A program made the position numbers and the translations under genes. From Candidatus Bipolaricaulota bacterium (GTDB taxonomy: Bacteria; Patescibacteriota; Patescibacteriia; UBA11705; DATKZF01): a stretch of DNA of 64,000 nucleotides. The notes beneath the pieces were generated by a model, which did not search any database, was not told the DNA's origin, and saw only the letters and a list, made by a program, of their open reading frames with translations. The DNA lies in assembly GCA_035528115.1 (NCBI GenBank), contig DATKZF010000003.1, positions 551,089 through 615,088 of the forward strand, in the 5' to 3' direction. Positions 36,344 through 47,351 of this stretch are shown piece by piece (position 1 is the stretch's first letter; every line of letters starts with the position of its first letter).

Positions 36344-38194
36344 ATGAAAAAGAAAGAGCCAAGAGCAAAAATTTTATTAGGCGCTTTATTTTTGAGTATT
36401 GTTTTATTAACAATTGTTTTTTTGTTTCCATCGGGAACTTTTGCCCAGCAAGCGCAACTCGAAGCCGTAGGGCAGCAGGTCGGGTTTTTTGAGCAATCCT
36501 TACCCGTGGTTATCGGTAAAATTATCAGAATAGTCCTTTCAGTGGTCGGCGTTGTCTTGCTCGTTATTGTGATTTACGCCGGATTTTTATGGATGACGGC
36601 CGGAGGCAGTCCCGAACAAATAGAAAAGGCTAAAAAATGGCTGACCAACGGCGTGATCGGCTTGGTCATAATTTTATTTTCTTATTCAATAGTGACCTAC
36701 ATTATCAATCAACTGCTCGATGAAGGCGGCGTTTTCGGTTCGCCATCCACCTATTATGAAGGCTATGGACAAGGCGGCGGCGGCTGGGGAGGCGGCGCGC
36801 TGAGTGAAACAATCGAAGACCATTACCCCGGACGCGACGCGACCAATGTGCCGAGAAATACTTTTATAATGGTTAAGTTTTACGAACCGCTTAATCCTGA
36901 CAGCGTCAGGAGACAAGATACGTCGATGGATTGCGGCGATCAAGGTTACATTTGCGGTACGCTTAATTTCGACAACATAAAAATTTACAGAACCGAAGAC
37001 AGTGAGGAAGGTTCTTTTCCGACCGACTCCGCGACTTTGGTGCGCGGCGGCAAAGCGGCTTTGTCTCCCGATAAAAGAATATTTTTTTTCCAGCCCGATC
37101 CGGTGCTGGGTTCGGATACGGTGGACGTGAACTATTCGGTTTTTTTGACCAATGACATTCAAAAAGAGGATGGCTCCAAGATTTTCAGCAATAATAAAGA
37201 TTACGGTTGGAATTTCACCACGAGCACGGTCATTGATCTGACTCCTCCGCGAGTGGTCAGCGTATTGCCCAGTTCCAATAATCCGGAGTTTGAATTTTTC
37301 GCCAACAGTCTCATTCAAATCAATTTCAACGAACCCGTTTTGCCGCCCGCGGTTTTGAATACGGCCGGATCGGTGGAGGATAAAAGCAATTCCATTTATA
37401 TCGAATATGAAAAAGACGGCGCCGTAGGTTATGTCGAAGGCACATTCAATGTCGGTCTGAACCGATTTAAAACCATGGAATTTTTACCGGCGGCCGATTG
37501 CGAAAACTCCGGGCCCAATTCTTGCGGAGAAATCCCAAAATGCTTGCCCAAAGGCGCGACGATCAAGCCTTATATTCGAGCGGCCAGCGTCAACGCCGAA
37601 GGATTATCGTTCTTCCCGTTTGATGGTTTGGTGGACGCTGCCGGCAATTCGCTCGATGGCAATGCCGATGGGGTCGCGCAAGGACCGGCTGAAGATGATT
37701 ATTCTTGGCAATTTAAAACAGGCAGTATTTTGGATTTGCTGCCGCCGACGGTCAATTCGGTCTCGCCGCAAAACGCGGCCGAAGACCTGCCCGTTGACGT
37801 GGAACTTAAAGCGACGTTTTCCGAAAATCTCAGCGCTTCTTCGGTCAACAGCAGAACAGCTCTTTTGACGGGCGACGATTGGGCGCGCTGGTTCGTGGTT
37901 CATTTCGCGGACACGCCCGCGGGCGAGGACGGTCAGACGATCACCGACAGTTCGACGGTTCAAATCTCTCACGCCGATTTTGACAAAGCGCTGGAAGTGG
38001 AGGAGGGGCAAGAAGCCATTTCATTGAAATATTATCCGGTCTTAACGTCCGGAATAAAGGATTTACAGCAAAATTGTTATCAGCCGTGCAAAGATACTGG
38101 TTCTTGCGCCGGCGCCTTGCCCGGGCAGTCTTGTTGCCCTGATCCGGATTTCAATAATCAAAGACTTGTGCCCGGCTCGACTTGCCCGCAGTAA
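36344..38194 (+). CDS. VirB2/TrbC-like pilin fused to Ig-like (Big_5-type) domains
   Basis: YAGFLWMTAGGSPEQIEKAKK pilin motif; repeated D.TPP.V.SV.P...I.F.E and W.F.T Ig-like motifs. Confidence 0.8.
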   Translation: MKKKEPRAKILLGALFLSIVLLTIVFLFPSGTFAQQAQLEAVGQQVGFFEQSLPVVIGKIIRIVLSVVGVVLLVIVIYAGFLWMTAGGSPEQIEKAKKWLTNGVIGLVIILFSYSIVTYIINQLLDEGGVFGSPSTYYEGYGQGGGGWGGGALSETIEDHYPGRDATNVPRNTFIMVKFYEPLNPDSVRRQDTSMDCGDQGYICGTLNFDNIKIYRTEDSEEGSFPTDSATLVRGGKAALSPDKRIFFFQPDPVLGSDTVDVNYSVFLTNDIQKEDGSKIFSNNKDYGWNFTTSTVIDLTPPRVVSVLPSSNNPEFEFFANSLIQINFNEPVLPPAVLNTAGSVEDKSNSIYIEYEKDGAVGYVEGTFNVGLNRFKTMEFLPAADCENSGPNSCGEIPKCLPKGATIKPYIRAASVNAEGLSFFPFDGLVDAAGNSLDGNADGVAQGPAEDDYSWQFKTGSILDLLPPTVNSVSPQNAAEDLPVDVELKATFSENLSASSVNSRTALLTGDDWARWFVVHFADTPAGEDGQTITDSSTVQISHADFDKALEVEEGQEAISLKYYPVLTSGIKDLQQNCYQPCKDTGSCAGALPGQSCCPDPDFNNQRLVPGSTCPQ

Positions 38195-38240
38195 TTATAA
38201 TTTCAAAAAAGTTTATCGATAGTGTAATTCGTCAAGGAAA

Positions 38241-41200
38241 ATGAAAACGTTTTTCAAAAACAAAAAAGTTCTTGTCATGCTGATCGCCTTTGTCGGGTTT
38301 TTGATTTGTTTTAATTTCGCGGCCGCGCAGTTTGACACGGGCTTGCAAACCGTGGGCGAGCAGGCCGGCATCGGAGCGACCACGGACGTCAGAGTGGCGA
38401 TCGCCAGAATCATCAGAACCGCTTTCGGTTTTCTGGGAGTGGTCGCGGTCGCCTTGGTCATTTATGGAGGATTTTTATGGATGACCGCCGGCGGAGACGC
38501 CGATAAAGTTACCAAAGCCAAAAAAGTGCTGGTCAACGCGTTTATAGGTTTGGCCATTATTCTTTTGGCTTTTTCGATCACCTCTTTTATCATCAACAGT
38601 TTGCAAGAAGCTGTTTTGGGTCAGCCGGGAGAATACGAATATGACGGCGGAGATGGAGGCGGCCCGAGCTCGTCGAGTTGCGGTTTTACGCCAAAGAGCG
38701 TTCAGCCGATCGGCGCGGTTTCTCTCAGAAATATTGTCGTGCGCGCGACCTTCAATGAAACCTTGGACGCAAATCTGGACGAACAAACATTGAAAAACAA
38801 TTTTGTCATTACCGATAAAGCGACCGGACAGACAGTCGACGGCGCGATCAGCGTCAATGGAAAAATTCTAGAATTCGAACCGAGCGCCGCGTGTCCCGAA
38901 CCCAATCAAGAAAGACACTGCTTTGACGCGGATACGATTTACAACGTGCAAATTCTGGCGGGCATAAAAAATAATCAGGGACAAGCTCGATCTTGCTGTC
39001 TGGGCAGCGTTTGTACCGCGGAATTTTCTTCCGGCAATTTAATCGATGTCGAGAATCCGACAATCAACATAATTTCGCCATACAACGGCCAGCAAATCAG
39101 CGAAAATATCATTTTCCCGCTTCAAGCTTTGACTCATGACGACAGTGGCGTGTCCATCGTGGAGTTTTTCGTTGACAAAAATTCGGCGGGAGCGGTTTCC
39201 CCGAGCGAAATTTCACCTAATTACAACGCCCAAGTCGATTGGGATAATTCGGGCTTTGAGCTTGGCTTGCACAGAATAGACGCCCGCGTTTTTGATCTGG
39301 ATTCCAATAAAACCGACGCGGCGTCCAAGCAAGTCAAAATTTTAGCAGAGCATTGTTTTAATTTGAGTCAAGATTTCGACGAAACGGGCATTGATTGCGG
39401 GGGCGCGGATTGCGGAGTTTGCGACGGTGAAGAATGCGACGGCGATCTGGATTGCGCCAGCGGCGTTTGCGTTGACAGTGTGTGCGTCAATTATCCGACC
39501 ATCACCGCTTTATCCAATGTTGAAGGAGCGATCGGCAACATGATTACGATCTGGGGTTATAATTTCGGCGAATATCAAAGCGGGGCCAGCAAAGTTGAAT
39601 TCACCGGTCCCAAACAAAGTTTGATCTCAGCCGAATTTTCCTGCGGCGCCGAGGGTTCCACTTGGTCCGAGCACAGCGTGGTGGTCAAGGTTCCGGAAGG
39701 TTCCGTTGACGGTCCGATAAAATTAACCAATGTTGACGGATACTGGGACAATACTGCAAACGATCGAGGCTTTTTGGGAGATTTTGTCATTAATCCCGAT
39801 CTTTTCTGGCCGGGCTTGTGCAGCGTCGTCAATCCGGACGGCAGGGCACTCGGCGAGTATGAAGATTCGGTGCTGGCTACCGGAGAAAACATGGGGCAGT
39901 CCGGCGAAGTCTTGTTCGGGAATATCAAAGCTCAGGTCACGGGCGCTTGGTCGTCTAATTCGATTTCAGGCATCAAGGTGCCCAATGTTTCCCCGAGCAA
40001 CATTTTGGTTAACGTGAAAACGGACGGTCAGCTCAGCAACCCCGTAAATTTTCAAGTGGTCTCTTCCAGCAAATTGCCGGAAATAATTTCGGTTAATCCC
40101 GAGACGGGCGGCATCGGCCAGTACACGACGATTTCGGGTAGAAATTTCGGAGATAATCCCAATTTATATCAAGTTTATTTCATCAATAAATCAAATGACA
40201 GCATCAGAGTGCCGGCCGACTTGAATTTTCCGCCCGAATGCGCGGAGAGCCTCTGGAGCGACACCGAAGTCTTGGTTAAAGTGCCGCAGACAAATTTGTT
40301 GGGCGAATATTCCGTGCAAATGATTGGTCAAGAAGCTCAAAGCAACAAAGTGAATTTTCTGATCTCGGACGCGTCGGCCAGTCCGGGAATTTGCGGGCTT
40401 GATCCGGACAACGGTCCGGTGGGCACATCGGTGAATGTTTACGGCGAAGGTTTTCGAAGCGAAGGAGTTTTAACTTTCAATGAAAATAAAAAGGCTCAAC
40501 AATTAAATTTGACCGCCAATTTGATCGCCACGGGAGTGCCCCCGGCCTCTGTTTCCGGTCCGGTTAATTTCGCGCTTGAAAACTTGATCAGCAACGGCAT
40601 GGTTTTTAATGTAGGCAGCTGCACGTCCGTGTCTTGCGACGCGGGCGATGAATGCTGCGTTGACGGAGTTTGCCGTTTGTCGGGCGCTTGCGAAACGAGT
40701 CTGATCGCGGCCAAGTGCGAGTATTCTTGGATGCTGAGCACGGACAAATTGCCGCTGGTGCCCAGAGTGCTGGAAACCATGTCTTGCGACGACGAGCACA
40801 ATCAGTCGCCGTCTCCGTGGAAAGATTCATCAGACGCTTGTGTCAACGCCTTGATCTCGGCTCAATTCAACATGCCCGTCAAAATGGACGCCATTGCCGA
40901 TAAATTAATTATCAAACGTTGCTCTTTGCAAAATGAAGTTTGCGATTTCAATAAGTGCGGACAGGAAGGCTCGAATTGCGTTTTTGAAATCCCGAGTTCG
41001 ATCGAAACGGCCGGTTCTTTGAGCGATCGATTCGCGGCCATTGTCGAGTCTTTGCCCGGAGGGGGAGATGAGAGCAATTTGATTTCCAATACTTGGCATC
41101 AAGTGACCATCAAAGGCGGGGTTAGCGGCATCAGAGGGGAAAACGACACACCCATGCCGGTCAATTACGTTTGGCAATTCAAGACCAAAGATGGTCCGTG

Positions 41201-44200
41201 CGAGCCGGTCAATGTGATCGTCGAACCGACCGCCGGCATAATTTCAGAATATTTGGGTCAATTGAATTATACGGTTTACGGCCAGGCCGAGAATTGCAAC
41301 ATCCTTAAGACGGGCTTTGATTGGAGCTGGGTGATTGATCGAAATCAAGATAAGGCTTCGATAGAAGACATCTCAAATGACAAATCCCAGGTTACCGGTT
41401 TGGCGGAGACCGAACCGGCCGATCCGGTCGTGGTCAGAGCGTCCACCGTGTCCGTTGATGGGGTGACTCAGCAAGACAGCGCTCCTTTGAAAATTGATTT
41501 TACTGATCCGAAAGTCAAGTCATTCGGTCCGAATTGCCAAGCGGCTTGCGTCAATACCGCTGTCTTCTCGACTTTCAATACTTACATGAACGCGGACTCC
41601 GTAAAAAAGAATTTTCAGATTTTCAAATGTCAGGGACAGCAATGCCTGGGCTTGACCGCAATTTCTCCGAATAATTTTACTTTTGAATATAATGATCTCG
41701 ACAAGACTCTCTGGGTTTTCGGACAAGCCGGCAAAACCCCATATTATTTTTCACCCAACAGCTATTATCGGGTGGTGATCGGCAGCCGATCAGAGAGTTT
41801 AAGCGGCGTCGAGCTTACCGGTTTGAATTTTGACCGCAATGACGACGGCAAAAATGACGCTTTTTCATGGACATTCAAAACAAAAAATGATAATACGCGT
41901 TGCGACTTGGAAACCGCTGTCGTGAATCCTGATTTTTATGAAAGCACCACACAGGGGGAGAAAGTCCAATACCTCGTTTCGGCCAAAGGCACGCCGGATG
42001 AGTGCAACCCCAGCGGCCAGACTTTGAATCCGTTCGAGTTCGATTGGGTTTGGTCGGTATTAAATCCTGGTTCTTGGGTTGTGGCCAGTATCACTCACGC
42101 CTTGCATTCCACCGATTTTCCGAGCGAGATCTGCTCGAGTAATTGTTTGAATCTGGGCAGTGATCCTTTTGCCGCGGTTTGCGGCAACGGCGCGCAGGAA
42201 TACGGCGAGGAATGCGATAATCAAGGAGTGTGCTCGGGAGATGAAGGCACCGATTGTTCTTCCAATGCGGATTGTTCCATTGTTGGAGGAGTCTGCGAGC
42301 CAAAAGACGGGGACGGTTGCAGCATTGATTGTTTGAACGAATCCGTGCCGGCTGTCAGCGACGGGGGATCTTGCGGTAATGGCGTCAGGGAAGGGACGAG
42401 AATAATCGATGGTATAACTTATCATGAAGAATGCGATCCGGCCGTTGATCCGGATATCTGCACCGCCGGTTGCCAATTGGCGGGTTCGGATGTTAGCGGT
42501 TTTGTCTGCGGCAACGGCCAAAAAGAAGCGGGTGAAGATTGCGATGACGGCAATGCTTCAAACGGCGATGGTTGCTCGAATATCTGCTTGTTTGAAGGAT
42601 CGAAATATTCCGTGGCCCAGATTATTGAAACTCCGCTTTGCGGCAATGCCGATGTTGAGCCGGGTGAAGACTGCGATGACGGTAATTTATTGTCCGGCGA
42701 CGGCTGCTCGCCCCGATGTTTGGCCGAAGGCAATGCCGAACAGTGCGGCAACGGCATTATCAATATCGGAGAAAACTGCGATGATGGAAATAATGATTCC
42801 GGCGACGGATGTTCGGCTGTTTGTTTGGCCGAAGGTTCCGACTGGGACATCGGATCTTATTGCGGAAACGGTTTTCCATTGGAAGTCGGCGAAACTTGCG
42901 AAGCCAAGCAAAGCTCGGATTTTCAAGGCTCGCCCAAGCAATTGGTGACCGTCGATGGCAATATCGATCCTTTTATAATGAGCGAGTCCGCGGAAATTAA
43001 AGCGATGACCGATAATTTCGCGGGCACGAGGGTATCCGGCAGCGGCGAGCTGGCTTTTACCAGAACGTTTTGCGAAAGCGTGCCCGTCGAATCTCCGTAT
43101 CCGATTGTCGGACCGACCGGCAGCGATGTCTGTCGCAATTCGGCCATTCAGATTAAATTGAATCAGCAAATCAAACAATCCAGTTTGAGCTCCGGCATCA
43201 GCGTCACCTATGATTGCGGTCAGACTTCATTGCTTTCCAAAATTAAAAAATTAGTCATTAAAAAAATAAAATATCGTTTGGAAATTTTAGCCGTGGCGAA
43301 AATAAAAGTGAAAAATTATTTTGTAAAACCGGCTAATGCTCAGCGAAAAGGCGAAGAAGAAACCTTTACACAGACGACTTTCGAAAGCGTGGTCCTGGAT
43401 TACCACCGGCCGGACAATTCAAATGTTTGGTTGTTGGTTCGGTTCGGATCCAGCTTGGTTTTGGCTACGGTTAATAAAGATAGCGTCAGTCCGGAGGTTT
43501 GGACCGTGGCTGAAAAGTACGCCGAAACCGGCTCGATTGTGCTGATCTCAGGGTTATTGTCCAATACCCCCGATAGTAAAGGCTATTTGCCCATGGCTGT
43601 CGATAATTTGCAAATTATTGAGGCCGAAGAGCCGCCGGCGCTGGGAAGCTCGGGCGTCTGTAAATTGTCGATTAAAAAAATCAGCGTCGTGTATAACGAA
43701 GAATTGAGAGAAAGCTCTATTACCATATTCCCTGATGGTTTGCTCGCGCCAAACACCAAATACACGGTGGACTTTTCCGGTTTGCAAGATCATTGCGGAG
43801 AATCGATCTCCGGCGATATTTTCGAATTCACCACCGGACCGGAGGCTAAGATATGTAAAATGGATTACGTGGAAATCACCCCGGATTATCAAGTGGTGAG
43901 CAAACGTTTTGGCGACGCGGAATACGCGCCCGTGGATTTTCAAGCCAATGCCGGAAGTTATGAGTTGGCTAATTCTTCGCTCAATCCGGTGCCAGGCGTT
44001 TACGCTTGGGATTGGACGTGGAATATGAATTCCGAGCCCGGAGGTTTGGATGTGTCGTTGTTTGATAAAGCCGGAGACGCGACCGGGGCGAATCCCGAGG
44101 ACGATGATCAAAAGAGCCTGCAGACCGGAGTGTCAAACGGCGAAGTCGAAGTGGATGCCATCGCCACCGTGACCGATAGCGAATTCGGCGATTTGGATAA

Positions 44201-45320
44201 AGAATTCGGAGGCGCGGCCAATGTCATCATTTATCTTTGCGAAAATATTTGGACCGGCACTTTGACGGACGGAGGTTTTTGGCGGGACAGCGATTTCGCT
44301 TTCAGGACTTTTTATTGTCGCGACGCGGGCAATCCCGGAGAAACGGATGATTTGCCCAATTTGAAAATAGTTCAGGCGCCGCCGCTCGATATTCCGACTG
44401 ACGCTTGGAGCCAAGACGATAGCGCCGTGCTTCGAGAGTATTTCATGCTCAGAGAAGATAATTTGACGCCGGACGCCATTGCCATGAGAATTTACACCAA
44501 TCCGGAAGGCGTATCTCCGGCCATTTGGTATGATTTGCATGTGCCCAATCCGGGCAGCACTCAGAATATCAGCATTGATTGCTCGACCGAATACAACAAT
44601 AATGCGAAAGCTTGCTATCCCGGCATTCAAGACGGTCGAACCGTCTATTTGTCAGCGGCCAATCAAATTACGGTTTATGTCAATTACGGTTGTTATTTTA
44701 TTCACGGAAAGCAGTATTGCCGTACTTTGGCTGTGGGAGACTCCATTTATCACAATATTTACGTGTTGTCATATAGCGAAAACGCCAATCCGGAAACTTT
44801 ATCCATTTACAGTCAGCTTTTGAATAATTTGAAATTCAATTATTTTGACAGCAGCATGGTCAAGGCCAGCCTGAAGAGAGACACGCAGAGAATGCATGAT
44901 ATTGTTTTCATTCGCAGTTTGATTAAAAATTATATTCAAAAAAACGGTCGTTTGCCTTTGCTCGATGAAACCGGAAGCTATGTGCCGGGCACTTATGTCA
45001 ATGGTCAATCAATCAGCGCTTGGCCGTCTTGGACCACCGTTTTAAGCAACCTCTTGGGTTCTCCCTTGCCGATAGATCCGCAGAACGGATTTAACGGCAC
45101 CTGTCCGGCCAATTACGATCAAGACACTTGTTTCAACGAACAGCTGGACGAAAAGTTTTATAACGAATACGATAAGAGTGTGGCGCAGGTTTACGATTAC
45201 AGTCTGGATCCGGATTCGCCGAGCGGCTATAATCTCTCGGTTAATTTTGAAACGGTAGTGCCCGAAGCCAAGAGATATCCGGCCATTTGTGTTAATTTGC
45301 AGGAGATTGATTGTCATTGA
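38241..45320 (+). CDS. Giant (2359 aa) surface protein: pilin, Ig-like/IPT domains, Cys-rich CGNG repeats, C-terminal pseudopilin-like domain
   Basis: YGGFLWMTAGGDADKVTKAKK; ITIWGYNFG IPT-like repeats; CGNG..E.GE.CDDGN...GDGCS; KRDTQRMHDI...NGRLP...PIDP. Confidence 0.85.
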   Translation: MKTFFKNKKVLVMLIAFVGFLICFNFAAAQFDTGLQTVGEQAGIGATTDVRVAIARIIRTAFGFLGVVAVALVIYGGFLWMTAGGDADKVTKAKKVLVNAFIGLAIILLAFSITSFIINSLQEAVLGQPGEYEYDGGDGGGPSSSSCGFTPKSVQPIGAVSLRNIVVRATFNETLDANLDEQTLKNNFVITDKATGQTVDGAISVNGKILEFEPSAACPEPNQERHCFDADTIYNVQILAGIKNNQGQARSCCLGSVCTAEFSSGNLIDVENPTINIISPYNGQQISENIIFPLQALTHDDSGVSIVEFFVDKNSAGAVSPSEISPNYNAQVDWDNSGFELGLHRIDARVFDLDSNKTDAASKQVKILAEHCFNLSQDFDETGIDCGGADCGVCDGEECDGDLDCASGVCVDSVCVNYPTITALSNVEGAIGNMITIWGYNFGEYQSGASKVEFTGPKQSLISAEFSCGAEGSTWSEHSVVVKVPEGSVDGPIKLTNVDGYWDNTANDRGFLGDFVINPDLFWPGLCSVVNPDGRALGEYEDSVLATGENMGQSGEVLFGNIKAQVTGAWSSNSISGIKVPNVSPSNILVNVKTDGQLSNPVNFQVVSSSKLPEIISVNPETGGIGQYTTISGRNFGDNPNLYQVYFINKSNDSIRVPADLNFPPECAESLWSDTEVLVKVPQTNLLGEYSVQMIGQEAQSNKVNFLISDASASPGICGLDPDNGPVGTSVNVYGEGFRSEGVLTFNENKKAQQLNLTANLIATGVPPASVSGPVNFALENLISNGMVFNVGSCTSVSCDAGDECCVDGVCRLSGACETSLIAAKCEYSWMLSTDKLPLVPRVLETMSCDDEHNQSPSPWKDSSDACVNALISAQFNMPVKMDAIADKLIIKRCSLQNEVCDFNKCGQEGSNCVFEIPSSIETAGSLSDRFAAIVESLPGGGDESNLISNTWHQVTIKGGVSGIRGENDTPMPVNYVWQFKTKDGPCEPVNVIVEPTAGIISEYLGQLNYTVYGQAENCNILKTGFDWSWVIDRNQDKASIEDISNDKSQVTGLAETEPADPVVVRASTVSVDGVTQQDSAPLKIDFTDPKVKSFGPNCQAACVNTAVFSTFNTYMNADSVKKNFQIFKCQGQQCLGLTAISPNNFTFEYNDLDKTLWVFGQAGKTPYYFSPNSYYRVVIGSRSESLSGVELTGLNFDRNDDGKNDAFSWTFKTKNDNTRCDLETAVVNPDFYESTTQGEKVQYLVSAKGTPDECNPSGQTLNPFEFDWVWSVLNPGSWVVASITHALHSTDFPSEICSSNCLNLGSDPFAAVCGNGAQEYGEECDNQGVCSGDEGTDCSSNADCSIVGGVCEPKDGDGCSIDCLNESVPAVSDGGSCGNGVREGTRIIDGITYHEECDPAVDPDICTAGCQLAGSDVSGFVCGNGQKEAGEDCDDGNASNGDGCSNICLFEGSKYSVAQIIETPLCGNADVEPGEDCDDGNLLSGDGCSPRCLAEGNAEQCGNGIINIGENCDDGNNDSGDGCSAVCLAEGSDWDIGSYCGNGFPLEVGETCEAKQSSDFQGSPKQLVTVDGNIDPFIMSESAEIKAMTDNFAGTRVSGSGELAFTRTFCESVPVESPYPIVGPTGSDVCRNSAIQIKLNQQIKQSSLSSGISVTYDCGQTSLLSKIKKLVIKKIKYRLEILAVAKIKVKNYFVKPANAQRKGEEETFTQTTFESVVLDYHRPDNSNVWLLVRFGSSLVLATVNKDSVSPEVWTVAEKYAETGSIVLISGLLSNTPDSKGYLPMAVDNLQIIEAEEPPALGSSGVCKLSIKKISVVYNEELRESSITIFPDGLLAPNTKYTVDFSGLQDHCGESISGDIFEFTTGPEAKICKMDYVEITPDYQVVSKRFGDAEYAPVDFQANAGSYELANSSLNPVPGVYAWDWTWNMNSEPGGLDVSLFDKAGDATGANPEDDDQKSLQTGVSNGEVEVDAIATVTDSEFGDLDKEFGGAANVIIYLCENIWTGTLTDGGFWRDSDFAFRTFYCRDAGNPGETDDLPNLKIVQAPPLDIPTDAWSQDDSAVLREYFMLREDNLTPDAIAMRIYTNPEGVSPAIWYDLHVPNPGSTQNISIDCSTEYNNNAKACYPGIQDGRTVYLSAANQITVYVNYGCYFIHGKQYCRTLAVGDSIYHNIYVLSYSENANPETLSIYSQLLNNLKFNYFDSSMVKASLKRDTQRMHDIVFIRSLIKNYIQKNGRLPLLDETGSYVPGTYVNGQSISAWPSWTTVLSNLLGSPLPIDPQNGFNGTCPANYDQDTCFNEQLDEKFYNEYDKSVAQVYDYSLDPDSPSGYNLSVNFETVVPEAKRYPAICVNLQEIDCH

Positions 45321-45416
45321 TAAATCATGGATCATGTATCATGTATCATGAAACATGAATCATAAAACATAAAGAACAGAAAGACAGAAAAACAAAGAAA
45401 CAAGGTCGCCGCTGTT

Positions 45417-45474
45417 GTCATCTCGACCGAAGTCGTCCGAAGCCGCGGCGAAGGATGACGAAGCGGAGAGATCT
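45417..45474. repeat. GTCATCTCGACCG...GGAGAGATCT REP-like element (empty of the CCTGCCTGC insert)
   Basis: Matches the flanks of the filled copies at 20309 and 57927-58063. Confidence 0.8.
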
Positions 45475-45611
45475 TTTCCTAAATCTTCGGAATAGACTTC
45501 TCCAGCCCCAATTTCCAGTTTCTAGTTTCCGGTTTCAAATATCAATTCCCCAGTTTCTGATTTCAGGTTTCCGATTACCCATTACTTTTTACTAATAAAA
45601 ATAAAAAATGT

Positions 45612-46277
45612 ATGCCAGAAGCATCAACTAACTCGCCAGCCGCTTCCGAGCAGCCAAAGGATATATTCGCGGAAATAGATCATTCGGCGCCGGTCCCGGC
45701 TTCAAATAGCATGTCTCCCGCGGCGCCGCCCGCCAAAATGGCCGCGCCCGGCAAAGCGAATGGGGGAAAAAAGATTTTAGTCATTTTTTTAATGATCATA
45801 TTTTTGGCGATTGTCATAGTTATCGGATATGTTGTTTATGACAGATATTTGGCTGTGCCGGAAACAGCCGTAACTCCCATAAAAAATCAGATACCGATAG
45901 CGCCTCCAGCGACCCCAACCCCGACGCCGACCCAACCGACGGTTGTGCCGGAGGCGGCCACTGTGGAAACGACAGTTGTTTTGCCGGTGGCCACGCCTTC
46001 CGCCACGGTTAATCAAATTGATACGGATAATGATCGGCTGAGCGATAGCGAAGAAAAGATAATAGGTACGGATCCCGAAGCCGTTGACAGCGACAAGGAC
46101 TCTTTGACGGATTATGAAGAGGTTAAAATATATAAGACGGATCCGCTGGATCCGGATTCGGATGATGACGGTTATAAAGACGGCGAGGAAGTTTCCGGCG
46201 GTTATGATCCTCTAAATCCCGCCGCCGGCGCCAAGTTGTCCGGATTGCCGTCGGTTTTACCTTCAGCCGTTGAATAA
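45612..46277 (+). CDS. Membrane-anchored protein with Ca-binding (TSP3-like) DxDxDG repeats
   Basis: One TM, PT-rich linker, DTDNDRLSDSEE / DSDDDGYKDGEE. Confidence 0.8.
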   Translation: MPEASTNSPAASEQPKDIFAEIDHSAPVPASNSMSPAAPPAKMAAPGKANGGKKILVIFLMIIFLAIVIVIGYVVYDRYLAVPETAVTPIKNQIPIAPPATPTPTPTQPTVVPEAATVETTVVLPVATPSATVNQIDTDNDRLSDSEEKIIGTDPEAVDSDKDSLTDYEEVKIYKTDPLDPDSDDDGYKDGEEVSGGYDPLNPAAGAKLSGLPSVLPSAVE

Positions 46278-46316
46278 ATAATTGGGGAGGGAAGAATATA
46301 CATAATTTAGAATACT

Positions 46317-47351
46317 ATGACACCAAACAATATTGATGAAGAAATTCACGTCATGCCCAAATCATCGGGGATTCACACCGTCAGTCCCTCCAGTCCGGCG
46401 GCCATGCCGCCGCGAGCGACCGCTCCGGTCTCATCCATGGACAAACCGACGTTGGAAGAGCCCAAAGGGTCAAAGGGTTGGACCAAGGCCGTATTGGCTA
46501 TTTTATTGGTGGCTCTGCTGGCCGCGTCCGGATATTTTCTTTATAGCGCTTATATGCCTAAAGAAGAAAATACCGCGACCAATACGCAAAATGAACAAGC
46601 GACGGAGCAACCAACCGCTGTTTTTCCCGCGACATCCGAGATTATTGAACCGGCAACCACTCCGGCCACGAAAGAGAGCGTAATTTCTCCGGCTACGAGC
46701 GAAGCGCTGCCGGAAATAATGATCGGCTCGAGGAATGATTTTGATTATGGAGCGACCGGCGACTTGAAGCTTGATATGGCTTATTCCCAAGACAGCGATG
46801 GCGACAAACTGACCGATCAAGAGGAAAAATTGTTCGGCACGGGGGTGCAGAACATTGATTCGGATTCGGACGGTTATTCCGATGGCGATGAAGTGGCTAA
46901 TTTATACAGTCCAAAGGACGCTGACGGGAAATTGCTCAAAGACACCAATTCGGTCAAAACGTACGTTAATGATAATTACGATTACACCGTTTTATATCCG
47001 GCGTCTTGGTTCGCCAAAGGCACTGACAAATCCGACTTGGAAGTTGTTTTTTCTTCCGATAACGGCGAGTTCGTGTCCGTTTGGGTTGAAGAAAACATCG
47101 GTCGATTGTCTCTTTCCGATTGGTACAAAAAACAAGCGCCCGAAGCGAATCTTGATGATTTGACCGAATTCGGTAATAAAAACGGGTTGTCCGGTTTGAT
47201 GAGCCCTGACGGTTTCACCGCGTATTTCGTCAAAGACGGATTCGTTTATATCGTTCATTACAATATCGGTTTGAAAGATCGGGCGGATTATCCGAACGTG
47301 TTCAAATTGATGATCGAAAGTTTTAATTTTATAGTTAGCGAAAGAGGATGA
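46317..47351 (+). CDS. Membrane-anchored TSP3-like repeat protein with a PsbP-like C-terminal domain
   Basis: TM, DSDGDKLTDQEE, DSDSDGYSDGDE, Y.YTVLYPASW. Confidence 0.75.
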   Translation: MTPNNIDEEIHVMPKSSGIHTVSPSSPAAMPPRATAPVSSMDKPTLEEPKGSKGWTKAVLAILLVALLAASGYFLYSAYMPKEENTATNTQNEQATEQPTAVFPATSEIIEPATTPATKESVISPATSEALPEIMIGSRNDFDYGATGDLKLDMAYSQDSDGDKLTDQEEKLFGTGVQNIDSDSDGYSDGDEVANLYSPKDADGKLLKDTNSVKTYVNDNYDYTVLYPASWFAKGTDKSDLEVVFSSDNGEFVSVWVEENIGRLSLSDWYKKQAPEANLDDLTEFGNKNGLSGLMSPDGFTAYFVKDGFVYIVHYNIGLKDRADYPNVFKLMIESFNFIVSERG

